From Candidatus Latescibacterota bacterium (GTDB lineage Bacteria > Latescibacterota > UBA2968 > UBA8231), in assembly GCA_963422735.1 (NCBI GenBank), contig OY730476.1:3264001-3328000 (forward strand): a stretch of DNA of 64,000 nucleotides, read 5' to 3'. The position numbers and the translations under genes are program-made. The notes beneath the pieces were generated by a model. The model ran no database searches and was not told the origin of the DNA. It saw nothing but the letters and a program-made list of their open reading frames with translations. Position 1 is the first letter of the stretch, and each line of letters starts with the position of its first letter. Shown in pieces: positions 50,259 through 63,767 of the stretch.

Positions 50259-50882
50259 ATGGCTGACAAACCGAGAGACGTCCTCTTCAGGCCGCTCTTT
50301 GACTCCAATCCCATTGCCTTGCTGAGCCTCGGTATATGCTCGGCTCTGGCGGTGACGACCAAGTTGGAGACCACCGTCACCATGTGCTTGGCGGTCATTT
50401 TCGTGCTCTGTTGTTCCAACATGGCCGTCAGCGTGATCCGCAACTACATCCCGGCCAATATCCGCATTATCGTGCAGATGACGATCATCGCCTCGCTGGT
50501 GATTATCGTCGATCAGTTCCTGCGCGCCTATGCCTTTGATATCAGCAAACAGCTTTCGGTCTTTGTCGGGCTGATCATTACCAATTGCATTATCATGGGG
50601 CGGGCCGAGGCTTTCGCCTTGCAGAACGGCCCTGGGCTGAGCTTTCTCGATGGCTTGGGCAACGCCTTGGGCTACAGCGTCATCCTGATGGTCGTCGGCG
50701 TGTTGCGCGAGTTATTCGGGTCGGGTTCGCTCTTTGGGGTACAAATGTTCGCACTGGCTGCCGAGGGGGGTTGGTACGCGCCCAACGGTCTGATGCTCCT
50801 GCCGCCGAGCGCGTTTTTCATCATTGGCTTATTTATATGGGCGCTCAGGAGTTGGAAGAGCGAGCAGGTCGAGAAGGAGTAA
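50259..50882 (+). CDS. nqrD: Na+-NQR subunit D
   Basis: Motifs [10 protein letters not shown] and [15 protein letters not shown]. Confidence 0.96.
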   Translation: MADKPRDVLFRPLFDSNPIALLSLGICSALAVTTKLETTVTMCLAVIFVLCCSNMAVSVIRNYIPANIRIIVQMTIIASLVIIVDQFLRAYAFDISKQLSVFVGLIITNCIIMGRAEAFALQNGPGLSFLDGLGNALGYSVILMVVGVLRELFGSGSLFGVQMFALAAEGGWYAPNGLMLLPPSAFFIIGLFIWALRSWKSEQVEKE

Positions 50883-50888
50883 CCGAAC

Positions 50889-51500
50889 ATGGTCGAAGCC
50901 TATCTGAGCATATTTATGAAGTCCGTGTTCGTCGAGAACATGGCGCTGGCCTTCTTTTTGGGGATGTGTACTTTTCTGGCCGTCTCCAAGGAGGTGCAGA
51001 CGGCGTTCGGGCTTGGGATCGCCGTAATCGTGGTACAGACGGTTACAGTCCCGGCCAACAACCTAATCTACCAGTACCTGCTCAAGGAAGACGCTCTGGC
51101 GTGGGCGGGCTTGAGTGGGGTGGATCTGACCTTTGTGGGGCTGATTAGCTACATCGGAATCATCGCCGCGATGGTGCAGATCCTCGAGATGTTTCTCGAC
51201 AAATTCGTGCCGGCTCTGTATAATGCCCTCGGCATCTTCCTGCCCTTGATTACCGTCAATTGCGCGATTCTGGGCGGTTCGCTGTTCATGGTCGAGCGCG
51301 ATTACAACTTCGGCGAGAGTGTGGTCTTTGGCTTTGGCTCCGGCTTTGGCTGGGCACTGGCCATCGTCGCGCTGGCGGGCATCCGCGAGAAAATGAAGTA
51401 CAGCGACGTGCCCCCAGGGCTACGCGGTCTCGGGATCACCTTTATTACGGTGGGCCTGATGTCTTTGGCCTTTATGTCTTTTTCCGGCATTCAGCTCTAA
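50889..51500 (+). CDS. nqrE: Na+-NQR subunit E
   Basis: Motifs [12 protein letters not shown] and [10 protein letters not shown]. Confidence 0.96.
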   Translation: MVEAYLSIFMKSVFVENMALAFFLGMCTFLAVSKEVQTAFGLGIAVIVVQTVTVPANNLIYQYLLKEDALAWAGLSGVDLTFVGLISYIGIIAAMVQILEMFLDKFVPALYNALGIFLPLITVNCAILGGSLFMVERDYNFGESVVFGFGSGFGWALAIVALAGIREKMKYSDVPPGLRGLGITFITVGLMSLAFMSFSGIQL

Positions 51501-51515
51501 AAAAAAGATCGTCTT

Positions 51516-52754
51516 ATGACTGAAGTTATTTCCGGCGTCGGCATGTTCACCGGCGTGGTGTTGGCCCTAGTAGCCATAATCTTGGTCGCGCGCTCCCGGC
51601 TGGTGACCAGCGGCAATGTGCGGATCCTCATCAACGACGACGAGAGCAAGGCCCTCTCCGTTCCAGCCGGAGGCAAGTTGCTCAACGTGCTGGCCGACAA
51701 CAAGGTCTTCGTGTCTTCGGCCTGCGGCGGCGGTGGCACCTGCGCTCAGTGCAAGGTCAACATCTACGAGGGCGGTGGCGATATCTTGCAGACCGAGACC
51801 AGCCACATTACCAAGCGCGAGGCGCGCGAGGGCGTGCGGCTCTCCTGCCAGGTCAACGTCAAGCAAGACATGAAGATCGAAGTGCCGCCCGAAGTGTTCT
51901 CGATCAAGAAGTGGGAGTGCGAAGTCGTCTCCAACGACAACGTGGCGACCTTTATAAAGGAATTTATCGTCAAGCTTCCCGATGGCGAAACGCTGGATTT
52001 CCAGCCCGGCGGCTATATCCAGATCGAAGTACCGCCCTATGAGTGCGACTTCAAGGACTTTGAGGGGATTGAGGAGCGCTTTCGCCCCGATTGGGATCGC
52101 TTCAATGTCTGGGATTTCAAAGCAGTCAATACCGAGCCTGTCTTCCGCGCTTATTCAATGGCCAATCACCCGGCCGAGGGCAACATCATCATGCTCAACA
52201 TCCGCATCGCTACCCCGCCTCCCGACCGTGAAAAGGGTGGCTGGGAGGATGTGCCGCCCGGCATCGCCTCTTCTTATGTGTTTAGCCGCAAGCCAGGCGA
52301 CAAGGTGACGGTCTCGGGGCCCTTTGGCGAGTTTTTCATCCAGGACACCGACCGCGAGATGGTCTATATCGGCGGTGGTGCTGGCATGGCACCTTTGCGG
52401 TCGCATCTATACCACCTTTTCCACACGCTCAAGGCGGGGCGCAAAGTGTCCTATTGGTACGGGGCGCGCAATCCCAACGAGGTCTTCTACGAGGACCACT
52501 TCCGTAAAATCGAAGAAGAGTTTCCCAACTTCACTTTTCACATCGCCATGTCCGAGCCGCGGCCGGAGGACAATTGGGATGGCTATGTGGGCTTTATTCA
52601 CCAAGTGGTGTACGACCATTATCTCAAGGATCACCCTGCCCCTGAAGACGTCGAATATTACCTGTGCGGCCCGCCCCTGATGCTCCGATCCGCGCTCGGG
52701 ATGCTTGACGATCTAGGCATCGAAGAGGAAATGATCCGCTTCGACGAGTTTTGA
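51516..52754 (+). CDS. nqrF: Na+-NQR subunit F
   Basis: Motifs [27 protein letters not shown] and YLCGPP. Confidence 0.96.
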   Translation: MTEVISGVGMFTGVVLALVAIILVARSRLVTSGNVRILINDDESKALSVPAGGKLLNVLADNKVFVSSACGGGGTCAQCKVNIYEGGGDILQTETSHITKREAREGVRLSCQVNVKQDMKIEVPPEVFSIKKWECEVVSNDNVATFIKEFIVKLPDGETLDFQPGGYIQIEVPPYECDFKDFEGIEERFRPDWDRFNVWDFKAVNTEPVFRAYSMANHPAEGNIIMLNIRIATPPPDREKGGWEDVPPGIASSYVFSRKPGDKVTVSGPFGEFFIQDTDREMVYIGGGAGMAPLRSHLYHLFHTLKAGRKVSYWYGARNPNEVFYEDHFRKIEEEFPNFTFHIAMSEPRPEDNWDGYVGFIHQVVYDHYLKDHPAPEDVEYYLCGPPLMLRSALGMLDDLGIEEEMIRFDEF

Positions 52755-52769
52755 GAAACGAGGATAGCA

Positions 52770-52967
52770 ATGAGCACACTTATCGCCGCTTTCGCCGCCT
52801 TTGGGCTGGTCATGGCCGCCATGGCCGTCGGCGTGATTTTCAGCAATCGTCGGATCCAAGGCTCGTGCGGAGGGCTAAACACTATGCGCGATGCATTGGG
52901 CGAGCCTATGTGCGAGTGCGGTCAGGCTCCCGGTTCGTGCGGAGAAGCTGAGTCGAAGACGAGTTGA
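52770..52967 (+). CDS. nqrM: Na+-NQR maturation protein NqrM
   Basis: TM helix, [15 protein letters not shown] and CEC..C, directly after nqrF. Confidence 0.85.
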   Translation: MSTLIAAFAAFGLVMAAMAVGVIFSNRRIQGSCGGLNTMRDALGEPMCECGQAPGSCGEAESKTS

Positions 52968-52979
52968 GGTTTAAGCCCG

Positions 52980-53009
52980 AACGGCGGGTTGCCACCGCCG
53001 TTTTTCTTT
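52980..53009 (+). terminator. Intrinsic terminator after the nqr operon
   Basis: AACGGCGG-N7-CCGCCGTT followed by a T-rich tract. Confidence 0.75.
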
Positions 53010-53022
53010 GCTCGTAGAGAAT

Positions 53023-53265
53023 ATGGTCGCCAAAAAAAAGACTGGGGCATACGCGGATATCGGCCCTTACGTCAGTCTGGGGATTCAATTCGCGGCGACG
53101 ATTCTGCTCTTTGTATTTATCGGCTGGTGGCTCGACGACAAGTTTACAACTACGCCGCTCTTTCTCTTGTTGGGTACCCTGCTCGGCGCGGGTGCTGGGT
53201 TTTACAAACTCTATCGGACGCTGATGGACTTAGATGAGCGGCGCAAGCGGGAGGACGGACGGTGA
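53023..53265 (+). CDS. atpZ: AtpZ/AtpI family protein
   Basis: LGIQFA...IGWWLDDKF.TTPLF; two TM helices upstream of the atp genes. Confidence 0.85.
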   Translation: MVAKKKTGAYADIGPYVSLGIQFAATILLFVFIGWWLDDKFTTTPLFLLLGTLLGAGAGFYKLYRTLMDLDERRKREDGR

Positions 53266-53552
53266 AGTGGGACAGCATCGTCGCTGGCTTGGTGGTCGCT
53301 GGGGTCAACGGCGCGCTCGCGTTAGTGGTGATTCGCTGGGGCTGGGGCAAAGGCATGCAGGTCTTTATGATCGCCTTCTTTGGGGGGATGATCGCGCGAT
53401 TTATCGCCGTGGCGGTCCTCTCGGCACTGGCGCTCAAATGGGCCGAGGTCCATGCCGCGAGTTACGTCATCGCGCTAGTGGCCACGTACTTGCTTTTCCT
53501 CGCGTTTGAAATCCTTTACGTACTCAAGCTACAAGGCCGCTCAAAGCACTAA
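53262..53552 (+). CDS. AtpI-like membrane protein
   Basis: Hydrophobic protein with FFGGMIARF, between atpZ and atpB. Confidence 0.7.
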   Translation: MKWDSIVAGLVVAGVNGALALVVIRWGWGKGMQVFMIAFFGGMIARFIAVAVLSALALKWAEVHAASYVIALVATYLLFLAFEILYVLKLQGRSKH

Positions 53553-53567
53553 AAGGCCCGTGAAGTG

Positions 53568-53596
53568 TTGACAGAAATTTGTGGCCTAATTAATTT
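53568..53596 (+). promoter_or_regulatory. Sigma70-type internal promoter upstream of atpB
   Basis: TTGACA-N17-TAATTT. Confidence 0.65.
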
Positions 53597-53655
53597 ATTC
53601 GGTTGGTTACTGCGACATATCCCTTCCTATTATTTAGATATTCACAAGGCAGTAA

Positions 53656-54486
53656 ATGGCTGGCGATACGCAGGCGGCAGATGCCGCAAATGCGCAAATA
53701 GACATCATAGGGCACATTGTAGATAGTCCTCATCTCGAATTGCCCTTTGTCGACCTGCATCACCTGCTCGCAGGCAAAGTTTCTCTTCCTTCGCTAGAGC
53801 TTTTCGGCATTGACCTCTCCATCACCCGGCACGTAGTGATTATGTGGGTGGCGAGCATCCTGCTCATAGTGCTCATGCTCAGAGCCTTCCGCAAGCCGCG
53901 CACCGTGCCTTCAGGTCTGGCCAATTTCTTCGAGGCCATCGTCGTCTTCCTGCGCGATGAGGTCGTATTGCCCATCATGGGCGAGGACGGCAAAAAGTAT
54001 CTGCCCTTTTTGCTGACGCTTTTCTTTTTTATCCTATTTTGCAACTTGTTGGGGTTAGTTCCCTACAGTGCTACAGCCACTGGTAACATTAGCGTCACGG
54101 CAGGCCTAGCCCTATGCTCTTTTTTCGTCATGCTAGGGGCCGGCATCGCCAACAACGGATTGTTCGGCTACTGCAAGAGCCTGATCCCTTCTGGGGTGCC
54201 GCCGGTGCTGCTCATCATTCTGATTCCCGTAGAATTGATCGGTTTGTTGGTCAAGCCCTTCGCCCTTTGCGTGCGTCTTTTCGCCAATATGACCGGTGGC
54301 CACGTGGCGATTTTGGTCTTTTTGGGTTTGATCTCCATTCTGCAAAGTGAGTGGATCGCCATTGGATCTGTGCCCTTTGCAGTGGCGATTTATATGCTCG
54401 AAATTTTTGTGGGATTCGTCCAGGCCTTTGTTTTTACCCTGCTATCGACGGTCTTTATCAGCATGGCCGCTCATCCAGACCATTAG
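53656..54486 (+). CDS. atpB: ATP synthase Fo subunit a
   Basis: Motifs NLLGLVP, KPFALCVRLFANMTGGH and QAFVFTLL. Confidence 0.96.
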   Translation: MAGDTQAADAANAQIDIIGHIVDSPHLELPFVDLHHLLAGKVSLPSLELFGIDLSITRHVVIMWVASILLIVLMLRAFRKPRTVPSGLANFFEAIVVFLRDEVVLPIMGEDGKKYLPFLLTLFFFILFCNLLGLVPYSATATGNISVTAGLALCSFFVMLGAGIANNGLFGYCKSLIPSGVPPVLLIILIPVELIGLLVKPFALCVRLFANMTGGHVAILVFLGLISILQSEWIAIGSVPFAVAIYMLEIFVGFVQAFVFTLLSTVFISMAAHPDH

Positions 54487-54524
54487 CAGGGGTTCACACC
54501 GTTCACAAGAGGGAGTATTTGGCT

Positions 54525-54746
54525 ATGGAGTTTGCGTATATGGGTGCCGGAATTGGCATGGGGCTTTGTGCAGTTGGTGCAGGGTTGGGCATCGGCCTTC
54601 TAGCCGGCTCAGCACTGGAGGGCGTCGCCCGCCAGCCCGAAGCCGTAGGCGATATCCGCACCAATATGATCCTGACGGCCGCTCTGGTCGAAGGCGTGGC
54701 CCTGATCGGCGAGGTGTTTTGCCTGCTGATCGTGCTGACCAAGTAG
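54525..54746 (+). CDS. atpE: ATP synthase Fo subunit c
   Basis: Motifs GAGLGIG, ARQPE and ALVEGV. Confidence 0.95.
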   Translation: MEFAYMGAGIGMGLCAVGAGLGIGLLAGSALEGVARQPEAVGDIRTNMILTAALVEGVALIGEVFCLLIVLTK

Positions 54747-54756
54747 TACAAGTCTT

Positions 54757-55248
54757 ATGTTACTTGATCCCCACTTGGGGCTCATAATATGGACGATCAT
54801 CACCTTCTTGGTGGTGCTCCTCGTCCTCAGAAAATTCGCTTGGCCTCAGCTTTTGGCTGTCCTCGACGAGCGCGAGCGACGCATCAGCGATGCGCTCGCC
54901 AAGGCCGAGCAGGCGCACCAAGAGGCCGAAAAGGTCTTGCGCGAGCACCAGCAGAAGCTCGCCGTCGCCGATGAAGAGGCGCGGAAGATCGTGGCCGAGG
55001 CCCGCGAGGCTGGGGCGCACGTGCGGCAGCGAATCGTCTCCCAAGCGCGGGAAGAGGCGGAGCGGATGCTCGACCAAGCGCGGACCAGTATCGAAAGCGA
55101 GAAGCGCGCCGCCATTGCGGAGCTGCGCCTCGAGACGGCCAATCTCGCGATTCAAGCCGCTGGTGCGCTGATTGACGCCAATTTGGACGACGAGAAAAAC
55201 CGCGGCCTAGTCGACGACTTGATCTCCAGAATTCCCGAGTCCAATTGA
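54757..55248 (+). CDS. atpF: ATP synthase Fo subunit b
   Basis: IWTIITF...KFAW...ERE followed by coiled coil. Confidence 0.95.
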   Translation: MLLDPHLGLIIWTIITFLVVLLVLRKFAWPQLLAVLDERERRISDALAKAEQAHQEAEKVLREHQQKLAVADEEARKIVAEAREAGAHVRQRIVSQAREEAERMLDQARTSIESEKRAAIAELRLETANLAIQAAGALIDANLDDEKNRGLVDDLISRIPESN

Positions 55249-55270
55249 ACGCTATCGTGCAAGCAGGACA

Positions 55271-55807
55271 ATGAACGCACCCGAAGTAGTACGACGCTAC
55301 GCAGCTACGCTACTGGAGGCCGCCGATGAAATGGGCGCGACCGCAGAGGTGCAGCAAGACGTCGAGCGGCTTTTGGAGACCGTGCGCCAATCCGACGAGT
55401 TGGCCGAATTTTTGGCCAACCCCCTAGCCGACAGCCAAGTTCAAGCGAATGTCCTGCGGGAGCTCTTCACCGGCAAAGTTGAGGTACTGATCCTGAACTT
55501 TCTTTGGCTCATGGCGGTTAGGGGTCGCGCCTCTATCGTCGGCGCGGCACTCGTAAATTTTCTCGATCAGGTCGCCGAGCGCGAGGGTATAATCAGCGCT
55601 GAGGTGCGCTCGGCCGTGACGCTGAGTGTGGAGCAGTGCCAGCACCTACAAGCGCGCTTAGAGCACCGCAGCGGCCGAACAGTGCGCTTGGATGTCCAAG
55701 TCGATGCCAGCTTGCGGGGCGGGGCAGTCGTCCGCGTTGGCGACACAGTATTTGACGGCAGTGTGAACACCTATCTGGAGCGCCTGCAAGCGCGTCTAGC
55801 CGGTTAG
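55271..55807 (+). CDS. atpH: ATP synthase delta subunit
   Basis: Motifs RRYA and VDASLRGG..VRVGD.VFDGSV. Confidence 0.95.
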   Translation: MNAPEVVRRYAATLLEAADEMGATAEVQQDVERLLETVRQSDELAEFLANPLADSQVQANVLRELFTGKVEVLILNFLWLMAVRGRASIVGAALVNFLDQVAEREGIISAEVRSAVTLSVEQCQHLQARLEHRSGRTVRLDVQVDASLRGGAVVRVGDTVFDGSVNTYLERLQARLAG

Positions 55808-55822
55808 TCAGCAGGAGGATCT

Positions 55823-57349
55823 ATGGCCACCGAAACGATAGTTCAGCCCGATGAGATTTCCCAAATCCTCAAGCAACAGCTATTGGGCTTTGAAAAAGAA
55901 ATAGACATATACGAGACGGGCACGGTGCTCTATGTCGGCGATGGCACGGCCCGCGTTCACGGTCTGAGCAACGTGCGGGCCACTGAATTGGTGGAATTTC
56001 CCCACGGCATTATGGGCATGGCCCTCAATCTCGAAGAAGACAACGTCGGCTGTGTGCTCTTCGGCGAGGACACCCTGATCAACGAAGGCGACCAAGTAAA
56101 GCGCACCGGCCGCATCGTCGAAGTGCCGGTGGGCGAGGGGTTGCTGGGTCGGGTGGTTAACCCGCTGGGACAGCCCCTCGACGGCAAGGGCGAGATCCAT
56201 GCTGCTCAGACCTTCCCCGTAGAGCGCAAGGCCCCGGGCGTGATTGACCGCCAGCCAGTCTTCGAAGCGCTACAGACGGGCATCAAGATCATCGATTCCA
56301 CCGTGCCCATCGGCCGCGGTCAGCGCGAGTTGATTATCGGCGATCGGCAAACCGGCAAGACGGCCATTGCCATTGATACCATCATCAACCAGAAGGACCA
56401 AGACGTCAAGTGCATCTACGTGGCCATTGGCCAAAAGTCCTCTACCGTCGCCAAAGTGGTGGCCGAGCTAGAGGCCAATGGTGCCATGGAATACACTATC
56501 GTGGTCTCGGCCACGGCGTCCGAGCCGGCGCCTTTGCAGTTTTTGTCGCCCTATGCTGGTGCCTCGATGGGCGAGTACTTCCGCGACAACGGTCAGCACG
56601 CGCTGATCATCTACGACGATCTGTCCAAACAGGCTTGGGCCTACCGCGAGATGTCGCTGGTCTTGCGCCGGCCCCCGGGCCGCGAAGCCTATCCGGGCGA
56701 TGTGTTCTATTTGCACTCGCGCCTATTGGAGCGCGCCGCCAAGATGAGCGATGAGAAGGGCGGTGGATCGCTGACAGCCCTGCCGATTATCGAAACCCTC
56801 GAAGGCGACGTATCGACTTTTATACCCACCAACGTCATCTCGATTACCGATGGCCAAATCTTGCTCAAGCCCGAGCTATTCTACTCGGGCAACAGGCCGG
56901 CCATGGACGTGGGGGCCTCGGTGTCGCGCGTGGGCAGCGATGCACAGACCAAGGCGATGAAAGCGGTGGCTAGGACTATCAAGGGCGATATTTCGCGCTA
57001 CAACGAAGTCAAGGCGTTCGCCCAGTTCGGCACCTCGGATCTGGACCAGGCCACGCGCAATCTGCTCAATCGCGGCGAGAAGCTGATGGAAATCCTCAAG
57101 CAGGATCAGTACTGCCCGCAGTCGCTCGCGGAGCTGACGGTCTCGTTGTCGATCATTGACCATGTGCTCGATCTACCCACGGCCGATATGGGCCGCTTTG
57201 AGGCCGAGTTGCTGACCCACATGCGGGATCACCAGTCCGAGATCATGAGGGAAATCTACGAGAGTCGCAATTTGAGCGACGAAGTTAGGGAAAAGCTCGA
57301 CGCGGCTATCGAAGAGTTCAAGGGCGGCTTCCGTCCTTCTGCGGGATAG
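55823..57349 (+). CDS. atpA: ATP synthase alpha subunit
   Basis: Motifs GDRQTGKT and [21 protein letters not shown]. Confidence 0.97.
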   Translation: MATETIVQPDEISQILKQQLLGFEKEIDIYETGTVLYVGDGTARVHGLSNVRATELVEFPHGIMGMALNLEEDNVGCVLFGEDTLINEGDQVKRTGRIVEVPVGEGLLGRVVNPLGQPLDGKGEIHAAQTFPVERKAPGVIDRQPVFEALQTGIKIIDSTVPIGRGQRELIIGDRQTGKTAIAIDTIINQKDQDVKCIYVAIGQKSSTVAKVVAELEANGAMEYTIVVSATASEPAPLQFLSPYAGASMGEYFRDNGQHALIIYDDLSKQAWAYREMSLVLRRPPGREAYPGDVFYLHSRLLERAAKMSDEKGGGSLTALPIIETLEGDVSTFIPTNVISITDGQILLKPELFYSGNRPAMDVGASVSRVGSDAQTKAMKAVARTIKGDISRYNEVKAFAQFGTSDLDQATRNLLNRGEKLMEILKQDQYCPQSLAELTVSLSIIDHVLDLPTADMGRFEAELLTHMRDHQSEIMREIYESRNLSDEVREKLDAAIEEFKGGFRPSAG

Positions 57350-57360
57350 GGGACTAAGCG

Positions 57361-59648
<2,288 letters not shown>

Positions 59649-59651
59649 TCC

Positions 59652-60053
59652 ATGTCCGCCTTCGCCTTAGAGGTAGTCACTCCAGAGCGGGTGGCCTACT
59701 CGGGGCAGGTTACCAGCCTGCAAGCACCCGGTAGCGAGGGGAGTTTCGGCGTCCTAGCCGGACACATACCGCTTTTGACCGCGTTGCAGGTCGGGAAGTT
59801 GCGTTTTGTCGAGGAGGGCGGCAGTGAGGTGCGAATGTCGGTCAGCGGTGGTTTTGTCGAGGTCGGGCGCGAGCAGGTCGCGGTGCTGGCCGAGACGGCC
59901 GAGCGCATTGAGGAAATCGATGTTGAGCGCGCTGAGGCGGCGCGGCGGCGGGCGGAGGAACGGTTGGCGCGGGCTCAGGAGGAGCGGGTCGATGTAGCGC
60001 GGGCCCAGGCGGCGCTGGCGCGGGCGATCAACCGAATTCGCACTCACGAGTAA
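59652..60053 (+). CDS. atpC: ATP synthase epsilon subunit
   Basis: Motifs LEVVTPE, GSFGVLAGH and VSGGFVEV. Confidence 0.96.
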   Translation: MSAFALEVVTPERVAYSGQVTSLQAPGSEGSFGVLAGHIPLLTALQVGKLRFVEEGGSEVRMSVSGGFVEVGREQVAVLAETAERIEEIDVERAEAARRRAEERLARAQEERVDVARAQAALARAINRIRTHE

Positions 60054-60070
60054 GTTTTATAGGATTACCT

Positions 60071-60120
60071 GCCAAGCAAAAGGCACTTGCGAACGCAATC
60101 GCAAGTGCCTTTTGCTTGGC
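60071..60120. terminator. Bidirectional intrinsic terminator of the atp operon
   Basis: Perfect 22-bp inverted repeat GCCAAGCAAAAGGCACTTGCGA-N6-TCGCAAGTGCCTTTTGCTTGGC. Confidence 0.85.
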
Positions 60121-60198
60121 TAATGGTAGGCCGTGTGCAACCTTTTTCATAACCACTCACCGTCAGGTCCGAGACGAGAGAATAACGATTTAAAAAAA

Positions 60199-61125
60199 AC
60201 GTGAGTTCGGGATAGGTGAGCGACTCCTTTTTTGGCTAAACGTAGGTATGCCCACCATAAGCCCAGCCATCGAGGATCCCTCGCGATGAATTGGTCGAAT
60301 TGTTTTGCCATGTCGATGACTTTTGCCACGCCTTCGAGGCCCAGTGGATACGCCACCAAGTAACGACCGGGTGCCGTCGCTGTCGTCGTGCCGGTCAACT
60401 GTGTTTAAGCGAGATGATGACGGTGTTGATTTGGTTTCACTAGTCCCAGTACTGTAATTTCAAAGCCTTCTACCAGCCTCATGTCTGTCCGCACGTACGC
60501 GGCACTTTTCCCAGATTAGTCCGCTATGGGTGTTTTGTCGAGTTCATCCCTTCGACGCTGATTCCTGCGCCTATCTCCGTCCATGCCGTGGACTGCATGG
60601 GCATCTCGTTTATCGACTCGACGCCGTTGGCTGTATGTCATCCCCATCGTAGGCATTAGCACCGCCTCTTTGCCGGGCAGGCCCAATGGGCAAACGTTCG
60701 ACCGGTTGGTTTTGTCGCGCCTAAAGACGCGGTGAAGCGGGTTCAAGCTGCATCGGGTCGTCAATGATCGAAGGCAATTGCTCAACTTGGCGCTAACCCG
60801 AGGCAACGTCGATGATCGCAACCCCGTACCCGGCTTAGTGCGAGACCTGTTTGGCAAGCTGGTGGCTGACCGAGGGCATATTTCCAACAAGCGGGGCAAA
60901 CAACTGAAAGCACTCTTCGACCTCCAGTTGATTACCAAGCTCCGAGCCAACATGAAAAATCAACTCCTGCCGATGGCCGACAAACGCCTGCTGCTCCAAC
61001 GAACCCGGATCGAAACCATCATCGATCAACTCAAAAATATCGCCCAGATTGAACACACAAGGCATCGTAGCCCGATCGATTTTATGGTCCATCTCATCGG
61101 CGGATTAATTGCCTACTGCCATTGA
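60199..61125 (+). mobile_element. IS982-family element remnant with pseudogenised transposase
   Basis: IS982-like end ACGTGAGTTCGGGATA at 60199. From 60285 the frame reads DELVELFCHVDDFC...LSEMMTVLIWFH then TAG at 60441. Later segments include ISFIDSTPL, GKLVADRG and IETIIDQLKNIAQIEHTRHRS, with several frameshifts. No right end is seen. Confidence 0.88.
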
Positions 61126-61531
61126 AATGACCATAGAGGTGCTTTGAGTGAAAAGAACACTTCAGACAAAATCAAACGTAAAGGGGCTTCAATTGCTAAG
61201 TCTCCCCAACAATCGTTGGAGGTAGAGCCACTAACATTGCCCAAAAGAGCTTGGCATCTCCGGGAGCCCAAAATTTCAAAACGTACAGCGAATAACCTAC
61301 CAGAAAGCCCCCAAAGAAGACGAAAAGGAAATGAGCCACCGTGGTCTTTCCCATTAGGCAGAACAGGAGTTGACCAATGACTCCCACAGTCAGGAGAAGC
61401 CAGATAAGAGAATTCGGAATTACACGCGAACGTAAGTCGGTATAACTTGCAAAGATACCGAATCCCAAAACCGCCGCGAGAAGTATCAGCTCAATCAACT
61501 CGATCACCACTTCCCTAACAATGGAGGTCAA
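61126..61531 (-). pseudogene. A24-family (prepilin/preflagellin peptidase-like) membrane aspartic protease, truncated
   Basis: Both catalytic Asp motifs (YTDLRSRVIPN and GDAKL) are present. The frame stops at 61196 after a G-run, and a hydrophobic continuation in another frame runs to the IS junction. Confidence 0.7.
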
Positions 61532-61542
61532 CTAGGAGCGAG

Positions 61543-63144
61543 TTAAAATTCTACGGACACCGAAACGTTGTAAACCCGACGCCCTAGCGACCTACGGAGC
61601 TCGATGGGCTTTCCACTTGATGATGGGAAGTAAGAATAGCCTAAGACGTTATGCTGATCGAACACATTTGCTATTTCTTCGCGGAGGCGAAGCGTCTTCC
61701 GCCACAAACTAGTCGATTGAGTCATCCCGACATCAAATCTAAAATACGGTCTATCTCGTACACTGTTTCGTGGTCCATCAGTTAATTGTGGACGGCCGTC
61801 TTCCGACATGGCTACGACCTTTGGTGTGTGTGGAAAGCCAGTCCCATACAAAACGCGAATGTGAAATCGAGAGTACTCTAGAAAACGTATCCTCAAAAAG
61901 TCTAGGGACATCCTATCTTCGAGATACATGGATAAGGTATGACGCTGATCATTTGCTCGCGGAAGGTAGTCATGGCCATCTCTAATATTGGTATATGCTC
62001 TGATTCTCCCATGTTTTGCTGTTCACTCCATAGATATTCCTAGGAGATTGTCCTCGTAAGTGAAGTTCTCATGCCCGCTCGCGAAACCATGGAACGCATC
62101 GCATATTCTTTTGTGACGAAGAGCATAACAGTTGTAGCGGAGTGAGATTTCTTCTGGCCCCATGCCGAAGGTGCTTCTGAGAGTTGCCATATAGAGTGTT
62201 AGTTGACCGACTTGGGGATACTTTACTCTTATCTGAGTCTGCCAATCCCAAAACTTCCGATCAAATTGGCCGAAAATTTGAAGACCGCGAGAATCTCGGC
62301 CCAGATTGGCATAGCGTACGCCGCTAATGAAATCGAGAGATTGAGCGAGGTGGCCTTGGAGTGTGAAACTCTGAGTTGTTGCTGATAGGTCCAATATCCC
62401 TCTATTTTCCTTCTCATTCAGCTTGTAATTGGCATCGAGTACGCTGCTGAGTTTATCTCCGAATGCCACGGGAAATGAGATAGCCCGAAACGTCATGCTA
62501 TCAATCATTGCAGGATTCAACACTGAAAGGGTCTGAGCTAAACCTCGTCGTAGCAGAAGAGGTGGCTCCATGTCAACTCCGTTGATGTACAAAAGGTTCT
62601 GGTCGTAGTTGCCACCTTGAGCATTGTATAACCCGCTGAAGTCGTTGCCCGAGGTAATTCCGGGCAATACTTTCAGGTATCGTAAAGGGTCATTAGTCGG
62701 GGCAGGATATCTTCGCAATTCAATCGGTGAGATGGCGGTCTTTCCCTGCTCTGGTGTACTTGCCGAAGTGCTTATCACCACCTCGGAAATCTTAACTGGA
62801 TGAATTTGGAGCAAGATCAAGAGCGTCGAAGCTGACGAGTCCAAGTATGTCTGGATAGCACCACTGGAATAGGCAATATGGGAGTACTGCACCAATATGT
62901 GTCCTGGAGCTAATTCAAGATGAGTATTTCCTTTAATGTCTGTTATTGACGTATGTGGCGATCCTGCAACCTTCACGAACACCCCATTGACCGGCTCTCG
63001 TGTCAGGGAATCCAATGCAGTTACAGTAAGAGTAGCGGCCTCGCCTCTGGCATGAAATTGGAGAATTACAACGCAAGATAGGCACAGTGCAGGAAGACCC
63101 TGTATAGACCTGAGTTTATTGGACACAGACTCAAGCCTCCTCAT
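61543..63144 (-). pseudogene. TonB-dependent receptor with an in-frame TGA and an internal deletion
   Basis: Signal peptide, carboxypeptidase-regulatory-like domain, and plug motifs DPLRYLKVLPGI, GGNYDQNLLYINGV and FGDKLSSVLD. TGA at 62023-62025 is in frame with DQRHTLS...YFRFD...NVFD...SVEF, ending in Phe. About 533 codons is too short for a full barrel. Confidence 0.8.
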
Positions 63145-63555
63145 GCGGTCAATAGACTTGAGTTTTTCTTGGCACACCTGAGCCGGGGTTTTGTTTCGTA
63201 CCCATTCCGCTTCAACATCCATTGCTCGTTATATTGATGCTTCCCTTCCATACTGGCAAAAAGGTATATCAGCACCTCGACAGTCCTGCCGCCTAAAGGC
63301 AGGATGAAGCAGGCGAGACAGCATCTCATACCGCTTTCACTGTCTGTCGTGTACTTAAGTATACCCACAGCAGATTTTCTTTGAGCAACAGGATAGGGCG
63401 TTCGGCACAGCCATTGTTGAAAATCATCCAACAATATAGGCCGAGCCGTATGCCGTACTTTGAGTACTATTGCGATGTGCTCGGCAGAGCTACCAACGTA
63501 GTGCCGAACGCTTTGGCGTATGGGTTACAGCACCTCACACCGATATACTTTACAT

Positions 63556-63753
63556 TCAACGACAGGGGTATTCGTAACAACTGCAACCAATCTTCTGTCC
63601 GAGTATATTGTACTTCATGTACATGCAGAGCCATAGTTTAATAGGTGCCGGAGGATATTGTCCACAAAGATTGTTGTAATCACATATAGTATAAGCAGTT
63701 TCGGCTCTCTGTACTGTACTAAACACGGCTACTATCGCGATGAGAGCGACCAC
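63556..63753 (-). CDS. Small secreted six-cysteine peptide (5' end possibly lost)
   Basis: Hydrophobic signal-like helix ending AETA, then C-x5-C-x12-C-x13-C-x-C-x4-C. Confidence 0.5.
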   Translation of the reverse strand: MVALIAIVAVFSTVQRAETAYTICDYNNLCGQYPPAPIKLWLCMYMKYNILGQKIGCSCYEYPCR

Positions 63754-63767
63754 TAGCCAGCTAATCG

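Noticed and set aside
60071-60120. 22-bp perfect inverted repeat as a MITE or island attachment site
   Set aside because: Its position 17 bp after atpC and internal A/T tracts fit a bidirectional terminator; no second copy or target duplication is seen.
62023-62025. TGA recoding (Sec, Trp or Gly) in the island
   Set aside because: It is a single instance amid other decay, no SECIS-like hairpin is evident, and TGA is a normal stop throughout the window.
63141-63434. 97-aa ORF between the peptide gene and the TBDR
   Set aside because: TTG start without a clear RBS and no recognisable motif; it could be a remnant but is unsupported.
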